Below, in pieces: positions 12,659 to 25,389 of a DNA stretch of 64,000 nucleotides. Under the pieces are notes generated by a model. That model searched no databases. It was not told the DNA's origin and saw nothing but the letters and a program-made list of their open reading frames with translations. Position 1 is the stretch's first letter. Every line of letters begins with the position of its first letter. Both the position numbers and the translations under genes were made by a program. The DNA comes from Eledone cirrhosa (taxonomy: Eukaryota), in contig OZ024740.1 of NCBI GenBank assembly GCA_964016885.1, positions 171,740,001 through 171,804,000 of the forward strand, read 5' to 3'.

Positions 12659-13002
12659 ATATATATACAAATACAATATATATATACAATCCCATACGCT
12701 CACAGTATTGCACACAAGCAAACAAAACGCACCTATTCATAATTTCATACGCGTGTATAACTATATGATTTAAGTTTAGTGTGATTTTCATGTCATGAAA
12801 AAAATTTTTTTTAACATTTTAAATTTATGTTTATTGAAAAATATATGAAGGTCATGCACTTTCTTGAGTACTTATACACCAATCTATATGACAACGCAGG
12901 TGATGGGCTTGATAGACTAGACGACAAACGATAGACAGAAAGTTTACAAATTCATAGTCAGACAATTTTTGCTTCTGTGTTCAATTTGGCATGGTATATA
13001 CC

Positions 13003-13400
13003 GTTAAAAAGCCCAGTCTACTTTGGTGTTGTCGTATAACTTAATGTAAGCCCTGATCGAGCAAATCTATGTTCCAAGAACATTCCAGCTGTGCCCATCC
13101 AGTCTTATTTTTGACATACTGTTAAAAAGTTTAATCCACATTGCTTTGTTTTATAACCTAATGTAAGTTTTGATCGTACATTCCATCCGTGTGCCTCCCG
13201 TCTTATTTTTAGATATAGATTTATCTGGAGCATTAGACATTATTGCTTCTACCTGTTCAACTTGTCAGGATACATAACAGTAAAAAGCCCAGTCCACTTT
13301 CCTTTGTTCTATAATATAAGCCGTGATCGAGCAGGTCTGTCATCCAAGAACATTCCAACCATGTCCATCACGTCTTATTTGTAGACATAGACTATTTGGG
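13003..13400 (+). repeat. Degenerate repeat, about 3 units
   Basis: Motif aag.cctgatcgagca...cattcca.c..tg.ccatcc.gtcttattt recurs near 13048, 13165 and 13318. Confidence 0.55.
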
Positions 13401-13651
13401 GTATATTCTCTCGTGTGTTACAAAGTGAGTTTGCAAGGGATTTAGGTGGCTTTGCTTCGCAGTTTGAATGACCATAACAGAAATTTTATAAAGTGGAACA
13501 TGACTGCATTGCGGTACATGTAAGTGGTGAGTGCTTCTCAAATTTCAGAGGAGTCTGAATTTGGGTTGCTTTTCTCATGGGGGCACCATCAGATATTCAT
13601 GGGAACACAGGACTCGTAACCCAATTATATCATGTAACAACTGGTAAGCCG

Positions 13652-13710
<59 letters not shown>

Positions 13711-13752
13711 ATAATATTAATAAATGTAAAATATCTTTATAAAACCCATATT

Positions 13753-13813
13753 TATTTTATTATATATATTTCAAGGGTATCAAAATTTTGTCAGGCTCTC
13801 ATCAGATAAAATA
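13753..13813 (-). ncRNA. Type I hammerhead ribozyme (family E, weak stem II)
   Basis: Minus strand tattttat-CTGATGA-gagcctgac...tacccttGAAA-tatata-TA-ataaaata; homologous to 42820 and 54064. Confidence 0.65.
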
Positions 13814-14130
13814 CAAAAGTTGTTTTACAGATCGTGACATATTCAAAAACAAGAACTTATCGTTTTAAGTTCTGTTTGAATGGTGAAACAGAAATTCAAA
13901 TCTTAGGATGAATATGTTAATGAGGATAACGTAAAGTTGAAAAAGATCGTTATAATTAGACGCTAGGTAAATTTAAATAATTATTAGGATTATTTTTTAA
14001 GGGAAGAAGAGAAAGAGGTTAATATTAATATTAGGATGTAAGAAAATTTAAGGAAAGAATATAAGAAAAAAGTATATTAGAGTTAGAAATAGACTATTAT
14101 TATTAATATATAATTAATATATAATATACA

Positions 14131-14320
14131 GGGCGGTGAATTGGCAGTATTTGTAGAGGGTTGGGTGCCAAGCTTTTTACCATAGTTACGTCCCTTTAAG
14201 GTCTGAGTTCAAATCCCGTCGAGGTTAACTTTGCTTTTCATCCTTACGGGGTCGATAAAATAAAGTACCAATAATGTACTGGGTAATTGCTGGCCTTGTG
14301 CCAAAATTAGAATAAATTAT
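14131..14320 (+). mobile_element. tRNA-derived SINE (family 1)
   Basis: A-box-like ttggcagtat, B box gagttcaaatcc, shared core tttcatccttacggggtcgataaaataaagtacca; many copies in the window. Confidence 0.85.
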
Positions 14321-14666
14321 TAATATATAATTGTATGGATCGTATTAGTGATGATGTAAAGAGATTGAAATAATTATATTTAATTGTATAATTATATATT
14401 TTGGGAGTATCTATAATATAATATGAGAATTATAAATGTGTTGAAGTGGTAGAATATTAATTTTAAAATGTGAGAGATACTACTAATTATTGGGTCTATT
14501 CTAATAGTGAGTTTTAATATTATAGAGATAATATTTATAAGTATATTTTATGAAGAATTAGGGTTGTAAGTATATTTTATTTTATTATATTACAACAGGT
14601 TATTCATATAAATAATTTTGGTGAGTATATATGTTGTTTTTATTAATAGATAGATAATTTTAATAT

Positions 14667-16122
14667 TCTTTATATGTGAAGAGTTACGATGAATTTCCTG
14701 TTTACATTTTCAATATATGTTTTAAGAAAGAGGAAGTAGTTCTATTTTATTATAGAAGATTATTTTGTACATTCAATAGTTGCATCAAGATGGGAATACA
14801 TTTACGAAATCATACAAAAAAAAATATAATATTTATTAAGTTTAGTTGTTACTTAGAAAAAATGTGTAAGCGTGTTATTCCATACATAGGTTTCTGAAGT
14901 CCTATTACGCGTCGTAGGCTTTTATTTTTCCGTAAATCGATTGTGCCCCCCCCCCCCCCCCCCGGGGCAGATAAACCCCTTAAGCCTCTCGCTTGGAGAC
15001 AGCAGTACTACTGCATAAAGGCCCCATAATTCCTGCAGTTTGCCTCCCATCTTCATCAAAATTAATCTTTTGTTTGCTTATGGCCTACAAATAAATGTGT
15101 AGGCATGCACTTGCGCAGAAAGAACTTTTACTTGAACTTATTAAGGGGACCCCCCGGAGGGGGGGGGGGGTAGTAAGCCCCTTTGACTTATCTATTGAAG
15201 TTCACATTAACACTGTATTAGTACCTGATAACTTTTGCAGTTTACGTTCGATTTTAACTTTGCCGGACACATTGGTTACCCATTGCCTAAAGATGATGTT
15301 GAAGACACTGTCTATACCCGGAACAAGCAAGGGGACCCCTATGGGGCAGTAAGCCCCAGCGAGTCATTTATTGAATTTGGCTATTGTAATGCAGCAAAGC
15401 GTCATAGCTTCGATAATTGGTAGTCCAATAAAATGAATTTCGACTTAGTTGTTATTCATGTACTACAGATGAAGATACAGTGAGGCACATTTACTTTCAG
15501 TTCAATTCAGCAAGAGGACCTCCTCAGGGACAATGATCCCAATTAATTAACCTATACAAGTTCAAACTGCCACAATAAAAAAAGCACCATAACCTCGGGA
15601 GTTTATACTTGATTCTTACAAAAACTAAACCAAATGGTTATTGCCTGCGATAAGATAAAGCACCACACATTCGTTATCACTTGAATTTTGCAAGGGATCT
15701 CCCTAGGGAGGGCAGTGAGCCCCTTTGGACCACTTTTAAAGTTCATATTATGGTCGTATAAAAGCATTTCAACTTCTGGAAATAAAAGTCAATTTAAACG
15801 AAAGTTGACGCATCGGTTACTCATGTCCTACAGATGGAATAGCGAATTTTTAAATCCCCCTGACTTAACTTTAGTTTGTTTAGTTAACTTTAGGATGATT
15901 GAATTTAATTTTGCACCCGGTTGTCTCCCCCGTGTAATTGCACCACAATTAAGTGTGGAATCGGGAGTTAAATTCTTTTTCTTGAACTTTGGCATCATTT
16001 CACAAGCCCTCTTGTGTTCAAAAGCTCTCTTTAGGGCCAATACCTATAAATTGTTACTTCGGTTCATTTGAACAACTACTCCATTGAGAGTTATACCGGA
16101 CAACGCCGGGTACCTCTGCTAG
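14667..16122 (+). mobile_element. Probable non-autonomous Helitron-type element (5' boundary uncertain)
   Basis: 3' end ccggacaacgccgggtacctctgCTAG followed by ttt: GC hairpin then CTAG; internal repeated ggggcagtaagcccc motifs. Confidence 0.45.
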
Positions 16123-16208
16123 TTTATAATAAATTGAAGTGAAAACCAACTGGTGCGTGTGTTTTTATTGGCAGCATGACACTCCCAAACTATAACAATA
16201 TATATATA

Positions 16209-16470
16209 TATAAATGTAATCCGAGTTTTTCGAATATTAATAATAACATTCGATTCGTTTGCAATTATGCAAACAGGCCTCATTTTTAAAGTCATGTCAG
16301 TAGAATGAACCCGTCATTCTTGCTCTTGTATTGGCATTCTACTGACATGGCTTTAAAAATGAAGCTTGTTTGCATAATTGCAAACGAATCGAATGTTATT
16401 GTTAATATTCGAAAAACTCAGATTACATTTATTGTATTCAGCTATGTAGAGCGAAAACTTTTTTTGTTTA
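16209..16470. mobile_element. Fold-back element, family Q (no HHR core visible)
   Basis: 16211-16307 pairs with 16335-16431; second copy at 41613-41958; TA-flanked. Confidence 0.8.
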
Positions 16471-16546
16471 TATATGTATATATATATATAGATAGATAGA
16501 TAGATATAGATAGATATAAATAGATAGATAGATAGATAGATATAGC

Positions 16547-16906
<360 letters not shown>

Positions 16907-16963
16907 ATTTTGATTTCGTTTCTGGCGGTGATCACTTAAGAAAATTCTTTGTCCAAATGAGTT

Positions 16964-17046
16964 TGTTTCCTGATGAGTTCGAAGCTCGGAATTTTATCCT
17001 TAATAGGATATTTCCAAAAGCGAACGAAACCCTAAGGGTAGAAGCA
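16964..17046 (+). ncRNA. Type I hammerhead ribozyme (family F)
   Basis: tgtttc-CTGATGA-gttcg...cgaac-GAAA-ccc-taa-ggg-TA-gaagca; all three stems pair, GUA triplet. Confidence 0.9.
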
Positions 17047-17338
17047 TAATCCTTGTATGTGTATATGCATTTTTTCTTCTAACTTAAATTTTATACCTAA
17101 TTGTGTATCGTTGACGGTACATTTAATCGATTTCCACGTGCTATTGAAATGTTGGGTAAATATTCTATAGCGGTTGGTCGCGAAAAGATAGCTGTCGTTT
17201 AGTTATCTACTATTTCGTCATAGGTGCCTTTTAATCTTATAGCCTGGTTTAATTGTTTTTTTGTGTGGTTAATTATGCTAATTGGGAGAGGAAATGGTGT
17301 ATAGATATTATCAAACGATTCTATGGACATACTTTATA

Positions 17339-17415
<77 letters not shown>

Positions 17416-17418
<3 letters not shown>

Positions 17419-18228
17419 GAAGTGGATCAGAAAAGTAACAGGAATTAGTAGTGTGCTGTGTGAGCTATGAGTGGGGTAGGGATTAACAGGTTGCGTCACT
17501 ATGTGACATAATATCCAGGGTGTATATAACTCCGATCTCAACTCTCTACAACCGTCGCATAATTTTTCATATACTTTTGTTAACAGCTCCCACATTTTAT
17601 GCAACGAACCAGTCTGAAGTTTCTGGTCCTGCTGAGATGAGACGATGTTGCGCTCACGGGTTTTCGAGTGACACAAAAGTTTCAAAGACGTCCCCAAGAG
17701 CGGAAAGCCTTCAACGAGCAGGATTGAGGCCGGCGTTGAACGAGTGAGGCAGTTGGTGCATAGCGAATGTCGGCAGATTGTACGACTGATCGCATGTGAG
17801 CAAAACATGAACCACGACAGCGCTTGGAAGATTATCACCGAAAATTTGGAAGCGCGAAAGATCTGCGTGAAGATGGTGCCGGAGCTGCTGACCGATGGCC
17901 AAATGGAGCGACGCATGCAGGTGTGCCAGGACATCATAGAGCGTCTTGAAACCGAACCAGACTTGCTGGGGAGTGTTATGACTGGTGATGAGTGATGGAT
18001 CTTCGAATACGGCTCGGAGACGAAACACCAGGCTCATCGAGAGGGCCATGACGACGGAGCAGCGGAGACTCCCGGGAGAACCCTTCCAGGAGTGGTGGAG
18101 AAGGATGGGAAAGTGCCTTAGATTCGAGGGGAATTATTTCAAAGGGGATAACTTGTACTTTGTAATCTGGATTTGAAATCATTTTTATTTTGCGGCCCAG
18201 TCCTGTTTCTTTTCTGACATACCTCGTA
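17416..18228 (+). mobile_element. Internally deleted mariner transposon
   Basis: Imperfect TIRs tacgaagtggatcagaaaagtaacagga / tcctgtttcttttctgacatacctcgta at TA sites; transposase remnant RKICVKMVPELLT...VMTGDE*WIFEY. Confidence 0.85.
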
Positions 18229-18230
18229 TA

Positions 18231-18407
18231 TACGAGGGTCGGCTCAAACGTTCGTACGCTGAGCAAGATACTCTCATGGAATAGTAAAATGAGGTTTATT
18301 TTTCAATGTAGTCCCTGGCAAGAGTTGAAATGAATGTATGCACGATTTCATAGCTCTAACACCACTCCTTCGTAGTCAGCCTATGGACTTTTCATCCGAC
18401 ACTCGTA
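18231..18407. mobile_element. Mariner-type MITE
   Basis: Imperfect TIRs tacgagggtcggctcaaacgttcgtacgctga / tcagcctatggacttttcatccgacactcgta, TA-bounded, non-coding. Confidence 0.7.
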
Positions 18408-18412
18408 TATAA

Positions 18413-18469
<57 letters not shown>

Positions 18470-18484
18470 CTCTATCTATCTATA

Positions 18485-18530
18485 TTGTATTGTCCCCTTT
18501 CTTGTTGCGCCCTTGTGGCTAATAAAGAAA
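18485..18530 (+). mobile_element. Extreme 5'-truncated L1/Tx1 3' stub within (TATC)n
   Basis: ttgtattgtcccct...cccttgtggctaataaa matches the 3' end of the LINE at 62887-62926. Confidence 0.7.
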
Positions 18531-18968
18531 TCTATCTATCTATATCGAATAAGTTATATATGTAGCCATCAGATCACTTCTTTATATTCGCAGTGATCAC
18601 CTGTTTCTCAGCTACCACCACAGACCTGCATAAATATGTTTTCTACTACATCTCTTGCTGCATTTCCCATGTCATTACTACCTCTTACTACCTTTCACTC
18701 ACAACTACCATTTCTCTTTTTTAATTTTTGGCTTTCCTTTTTTTCTTACTTTCTCTTTCTCTTTCAGTTTCTCCTTAACAGCCAATCTATATGCTTGTTT
18801 CTCACATAAAATTGTGTTTGTATTTTCTTTTCACATAAGCACCAGGTGAGACATTTTGGTAGTGGAGGGATAGTCGATTCTATTGTTATATCGACCAGCA
18901 CTTGTAAAACCCAAAGCATTGTGTATCATGAGGTGCTATCATATCAGTGTCCAGAATTCCTAAGTCTA

Positions 18969-19159
18969 TAATTGTTTCTACTTTAGGCACAAGGCCAGCA
19001 ATTATCCAGTACATTACTGGTACTTTATTTTATCGACCCCGTAAAGATGAAAGGCAAAGTTAACCTCGGCGGGATTTGAACTCAGACTGTAAAGGGACGT
19101 AACTCTATACTGCAAAGCAGGGCGTCAGACCCTCTACTGATACTGTTGCCAATCCACCT
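18969..19159 (-). mobile_element. tRNA-derived SINE (family 1) with 14-bp TSD
   Basis: Reverse complement of the family 1 sequence; TSD aattcctaagtcta at 18955-18968 and 19160-19173. Confidence 0.9.
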
Positions 19160-19344
19160 AATTCCTAAGTCTAGAATGGCTACATATTTAAAGTAATGAA
19201 CTGAGATTCACTCAATTCTTAATGTCATGTTTTATTGTTTCGAATATTGCTCATGATCAGTTCCAATATTTCTTTTTCTTCATCAGTTACGTTTCACTCT
19301 AAAAAAGGCTGAAGTTTGCCACGAGCCCGGTGGCTAATCAAACG

Positions 19345-19845
19345 GGTGTTTATCCCAGTTTCTGTGGCATGAAGCAATTGAGATTACAAGACTTCCCCTG
19401 GACAGATCGCCAGTCCATCGCAGGGTTAAACCCCCAACTATTGCTGGTACTCATTTTCAGCTGAGTATATTGGAGCAATGTGAAATGAAATTCGAACCCA
19501 CGATATAATGATCGTAAGTCCAACACCCTTACTACTAGGTCACGCACATCCACTGTTTCACTCTACTACTACTATTTTATTTATTTTATATTTTCGCTCT
19601 GATCAATCGACAAGATCCCAGACCTCATTCGCTTGCCGAGTGTGGTGGACCCCGTCAAATCTGACTAAGGAAACAATGTTTCCATTGGTCTATCCATTGC
19701 TCATTCTATGTACCAGTCGCAACTCCTGGCAGAAGGAGTACCGTGAAATAAAGTGTCTAGTTCAAGAACACAACGCATCACCCGGTCCGAGAATTGAACT
19801 CACAACCTCACGATTGCGATTCCAACTCTTTAACCACTAAGTCAT
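19345..19845 (-). mobile_element. Two tRNA-derived SINE fragments (family 2, CORE-like)
   Basis: Shares ctgagta..tggagcaatgtgaaat and aagtgtct...caag.acacaac...gagaattgaactcacaacc with 34533-34862. Confidence 0.65.
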
Positions 19846-20047
19846 TATGATTTATTCATTCACTTAACTACTAATCTGTTCATTTTGTATGTCTATGTAC
19901 TAGTTGCAGGCGCTGGTCATTAGCACCCCATCTACCTGCAATATTGAGCTGTAAACACTGTGATAATACCACTAATAACTCTAAACGGACAGTGCTCTGT
20001 ACCTATAAATAAAGGTGCAGCTGGGATTTTCCCCAACACTTGAATAT

Positions 20048-20142
20048 TCACAAGTCTGATGAGCTATAGATTCCAGAGTCAGGCCCGATCACGACCGATT
20101 GTATCTTGAGCTGATTGATGGCGAAACGCACGTCATAGGTGA
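20048..20142 (+). ncRNA. Type I hammerhead ribozyme (family G, imperfect stem I)
   Basis: tcacaagt-CTGATGA-gctat...atggc-GAAA-cgcacg-TC-ataggtga; GUC triplet. Confidence 0.6.
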
Positions 20143-20207
20143 TTAAAATATGTACAAGATACTAAACTGATACATCGTTTCCACTTATTATTATTATTAT
20201 TCTGAGT

Positions 20208-20436
20208 GGCGGTGGATTGGCAGTATCGGTAGAGGGTCGGACGCCATGCTTTGCAGCAAAAGAGTTACGGTCCTTTATGGTCTGAGTTCAAATCCTGGCG
20301 AGGTTAACTTTGCCTTTCATCCTGACGGGATTGATGAAATAAAGTACCAGTAATGCACTGGGGTCGATCTAATCGACTTTCCCCTCCCCCAAAATTGCTG
20401 GCCTTGTGCCTAAAATCACAAACCATTATTATTATA
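20208..20436 (+). mobile_element. tRNA-derived SINE (family 1)
   Basis: ggcggtggattggcagtatcgg...gagttcaaatcc...ggccttgtgcc, (att)n tail. Confidence 0.88.
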
Positions 20437-20547
20437 ATGTGTGTGTGTGTGTGTGTGTGTATATAGATATACACACACACATATATATGTATATATATGT
20501 GTGTGTATATATAGATATATACACACACACACACACACATATATATG

Positions 20548-20611
<64 letters not shown>

Positions 20612-21781
20612 ATCAATTCTACTGTATATTTCCGAGGCTGTTTGTTATTGAATAAAGATGTATGTAGTTGTAAAATGTTATGATTTGTAAAATATGTGGC
20701 AGAATGATATTTGAGCAGCCATTAACAAATAATGATTAATACAAACACAGACAACATAGAAATGAAGAGAGACATGGAAACCACGCGCATGGAATGTGTT
20801 GCACCAAAGCACAACTGCATAAGCAAGCAAAAGTACGACAAAAAAATAAAATATGACAATGCTTGTCTACCGGAAATATCACATAGGTATAGTTAGTGTT
20901 AATCTATGTATAAATGTCATTTCTCTTTTTTCAATTCTCTGAATATTTCCTATAAAGAAAATGCTATTTGAAACTATGAAACAAACTTTCATTACAAGTG
21001 GTATTTATTTCTACTCCTTATGCCCTGATTTAAAATTACGCCATTGTCAATTTTGTCTGTCATCAATAAATAAACTAATGTAGCATGTCGAATAGCCCGT
21101 GTCGTTAGAACGTCGAATACCGGCTCTTTGCATTCTGAGATGAAATCCCGCCGTGTTTTAATTGGATAGTAGGCTTTATCGGTCACCTGGTGTAACACCA
21201 TCACTTGGTTTTTGGATACTTGCGGGAGAGTTAACTCTGTTGCAAGTATTCAGGTATAGACTGCAGTCTAAATAAACCTTTCTTTCTGACTCCTTTCCCC
21301 ATAGGAGGCCCCCGAAAGGAGTCACAGGCACTATACTTTCTTTTGGCTAAGAGATTGATAAATAAATGATTGTAAAGAATTACGATAAATGTTTTTTAAA
21401 TATATATTTGAATTTTTCCACTTAGAGATTGAATATTCAGAGCGCGTATTAGCTGGTATATCTCCTTGTCTGGAAACCACAGCTTTTCAAGTCTACTGCT
21501 TAGTTATTTACTAATATAACTAACTGAGCCAATGATTATAGATATAAATGCAAATTTATAATATGAGCACAAGAGGTTTCTTTGTCACTAATGATGAAAA
21601 AAATATTCATTTACATTGGGTAGCTGAAATCTATGCTATTAAATACCTTTTGCATTTTATTCCAAACAACTATACCAGACATGTATATTTGGCGGATGTT
21701 TTGCTGAGAATATTCGCGCAATAACTCCTGTGTTGTTGCGAATACATGTCCTCAACATAATCTATGTATATATATATATAT

Positions 21782-21837
<56 letters not shown>

Positions 21838-21839
21838 TG

Positions 21840-22466
21840 TACTTGCTCTTGTTGAGTCCTCCGATGCCTTGAGACAGTGGTGAGGCATTGACAAACTTCG
21901 AGCCCTAGAATTCCCGGTCGACCATTGTTGCACGCAGATCCGTTCCCATTAGGTTGTGTCCCTCTCGATGATTGATTTCAAAGTGATATATCCGACTAAC
22001 TCTTCTCTTTGCATCCGGAAACCAGAGAAGCAAACGTCCAGCAAGTTCATCATGGCGAGTGACATGGCCGGCGAGGGCCAGACGCAATGCCCCACATGTC
22101 TCAGAAGTGTAAGGTAGGGATACATTCAGAGAATTGTTTGTTGCATAATGTCTTCAGGAGATGTTGTACGCCGAGCATAGCATTCTTGTGTATGTATCCT
22201 TGAGTCTCTTGCGGCCATCAGCATTCAACGTCCACGACTCCGAATCGGACAGAAGGATCATTTCTAAACAGGCCAAAAGCACACTTGTTTTTGTATCCTT
22301 GTGGATGGTCACCTTTCACACCCTCTGCAAAGAATGAAGCGCACTCCACAACTGAGCAATCCTGAAATCCATGTCACGGTCTGAGTCAGTGTAGCCAATC
22401 AGATACTTGAAATCACTCATGAGTTCGAACAATTTTCTTGCGATTGATGGAGTCAATCAAGGAGCA
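21840..22466 (-). mobile_element. Decayed RTE-type LINE 3' fragment
   Basis: Minus-strand translations DFKYLIG, SESWTLN, RLALAGHVTRH..LLLWFP resemble an RTE C-terminus; a plus-strand RT scrap (DSINRKVM) lies at about 22590-22740. Confidence 0.65.
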
Positions 22467-22885
22467 ATATGATATGTGTGTATATATATATATATATACA
22501 GTTATTTATTTTTGTATGTATATGTATATATCTGCATATACATACATACTTATATATATATATATATATATATATATCATGATGCTCTTTGATTGACTCC
22601 ATCAATCGAAAGGTAATGGCTACCGTTTTGAGAAAGCGAACACAATCCATACACAACACACCACACTACACCGACTTACATAAAGATATTCAAGATCATC
22701 ACACGACAACACCAGGCTGAAACTTCGAAATCACTGTCACTTTTCTACACTCTTCTCACCAGTATTGGGTGGTCTTTCAGTTGAGGCAAGAATATCTTAA
22801 AAACTACGGCATTTTAAACACACATTCTAACACACTCACACATATGTATATATGTATATCTTATATATATATATATATATATATA

Positions 22886-22939
<54 letters not shown>

Positions 22940-22944
<5 letters not shown>

Positions 22945-23160
22945 AAACAGTAAGACCGCGACGGCAGTGCTCAAGCCGTTTCGACGGCTATTTCTAGAAA
23001 TACCCGTTTCGACGGCTATTTCTAGAAATACCCGTTGAAACGGCTTGAGCACTGCCGTCGGGGTCTTACTTTTTCCTATTACCCACTCTACTACCCTAAG
23101 TATTGAGTACTCTGGTGCGTTATGGTCCATCTGGTTCCTTACCACAATTCCTTCGTTATA
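22940..23160 (+). mobile_element. Family H fold-back element
   Basis: ataggaaacagtaagacc.cgacggcagtgctcaagccgtttc...gaaacggcttgagcactgccgtcggggtcttactttttcctat plus tail to cttcgttata. Confidence 0.88.
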
Positions 23161-23350
23161 TATATATATATATATATATATGATATGTATATATATATCT
23201 ATGTATATTTTATATATCTATATATATCTATATATATATGATATGTATATATATATATCTATGTATATCTTATGTATATATATATATATTTATATATATA
23301 TGATATGTATATATGTATATATATATATATTTATATATATATGATATGTA

Positions 23351-23431
<81 letters not shown>

Positions 23432-23437
23432 TATATA

Positions 23438-24135
23438 TAAGTATGTACACGTACATACATATATGTATACAGACGTACAGTAGTATGTATATATATATAT
23501 ATACATACATGCACACATATATATATGTACGTATGGATTCACCGAACATTTATTATAATGCTCGGTGTGTTTGTAAACAAACATCCCGTATTAAGCCATA
23601 GTGTCTAGCAACCATCGTTGCTCGTTTGTTCAACACTGACAAAGGAACGCTGTGCATGTAAGTATATATATATATACACATACTACTGTACGTCTGTATA
23701 CATATATGTATGTACGTGTACATTCTTATATTTAAGTAACAGCCGTACTAAGAGTGGGAAATGAAATTTAATTTCATTTTTTCCGTTTATCGTTTTCGGT
23801 GCACCCGGCCGATTAACCGACTCGATATGCAAATTGGGCTACTCAGCCGTTAATATGCATAAGGTAAGTATATACGTTCAACAATCTGGCAGGAAGGTAT
23901 ACGTTGCTGACGATAGCTAATAAGCTTGAAACTAGTACAGCGTTCCTTTGTCAGTGTTGAACAAACGAGCAACGATGGTTGCTAGACACTACGGCTTAAT
24001 ACGGGATGTATGTATATATATATACATACTACTGTACGTCTGTATACATATAAGTATGTACGTGTACATACTTATATTTAAGTAACAGCCGTACTAAGAG
24101 TGGGAAATGAAATTTCGTTTTATTTTTTCCGTTTA
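23438..24135. mobile_element. Family C HHR element: antisense segment followed by a sense segment spanning the monomer junction
   Basis: 23438-23652 is antisense, 23653-24135 is sense; TA-flanked. Confidence 0.85.
23901..23943 (+). ncRNA. Minimal type I hammerhead ribozyme (family C)
   Basis: acgttg-CTGACGA-tagctaataagctt-GAAA-ctag-TA-cagcgt. Confidence 0.88.
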
Positions 24136-24212
24136 TATATATATATATATTATATATATATGATATGTATATATCTATATCTATATATATCTCATATATA
24201 TATATATATATG

Positions 24213-24295
<83 letters not shown>

Positions 24296-24454
24296 CATAT
24301 CATATATATATATATACATATCATATCATATATATATATATATACATACCATATATATCTTATATATATATATATATGGTATGTATATATATATATATAT
24401 GATATGATATGTATATATATATATATGATATGTATATATATATATATATATATG

Positions 24455-24528
<74 letters not shown>

Positions 24529-24545
24529 CATATATATATATATAT

Positions 24546-24751
<206 letters not shown>

Positions 24752-25389
24752 TGTGCGTTTAATGTCGTGAAAATATCCAAAATGACTGTGACTGAATACG
24801 TAGGCGTGTTTTCTCATATTTCTCACACTTTATCTTTCTGTTTTATCTTTTATTTTAAATTCTTTCTTCTGCTGAAAGACTACTGTCCGAAACGTTAAGA
24901 CTCTTTTCCTGTTATTTCAAGTAATATATTTCTTCATTGTACTGTGTCGTTTGCTTTGTTATTTCTGTTTACGTTTTACTTGTATGGTCCTGTAACCCTA
25001 AAGAAGTCGTAGAGGCGCTATATTGCCATACGGCGTTCCTAGGGCATTTTAAAATCTGGCGGAGTCCATCCCTCTCCAGGCCTGAGTACAGCATATTTCT
25101 TCCAGAGAAGGATAGATAGTGAAAGAGAGGAAGTGAGAAAGAGATATAGAAGAAGAATCGACGCCAGTACTAGACTGGTACCTTTTTTATCACCCTGGAA
25201 ATGATGAAAGGCAAAGTTGACTTCAAAGAGCAGAAACAGATGGGTAGCCTCGATAGAAGAAAAATATTTTTTCGTAACGAAAGAATTTTAATTTTTCTCT
25301 ATTATTCTCTGTGAATATATCACCGAAGCATATTTCTACATATGCTACAGAAAAAAAGGCATTTTCGACTAAGACCAGCCAAGCCCAAG

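Noticed and set aside
14131-14225. tRNA genes
   Set aside because: The A/B boxes belong to SINE heads; no complete cloverleaf.
19225-19295. Minus-strand CTGATGA...GAAA
   Set aside because: Stem II is offset by a long linker and stems I and III do not pair.
24868-24900. ctgaaagactactgtccgaaacgtt mini-hammerhead look-alike
   Set aside because: Core does not match CUGANGA and stem I is unclear; possibly a decayed PLE terminus.
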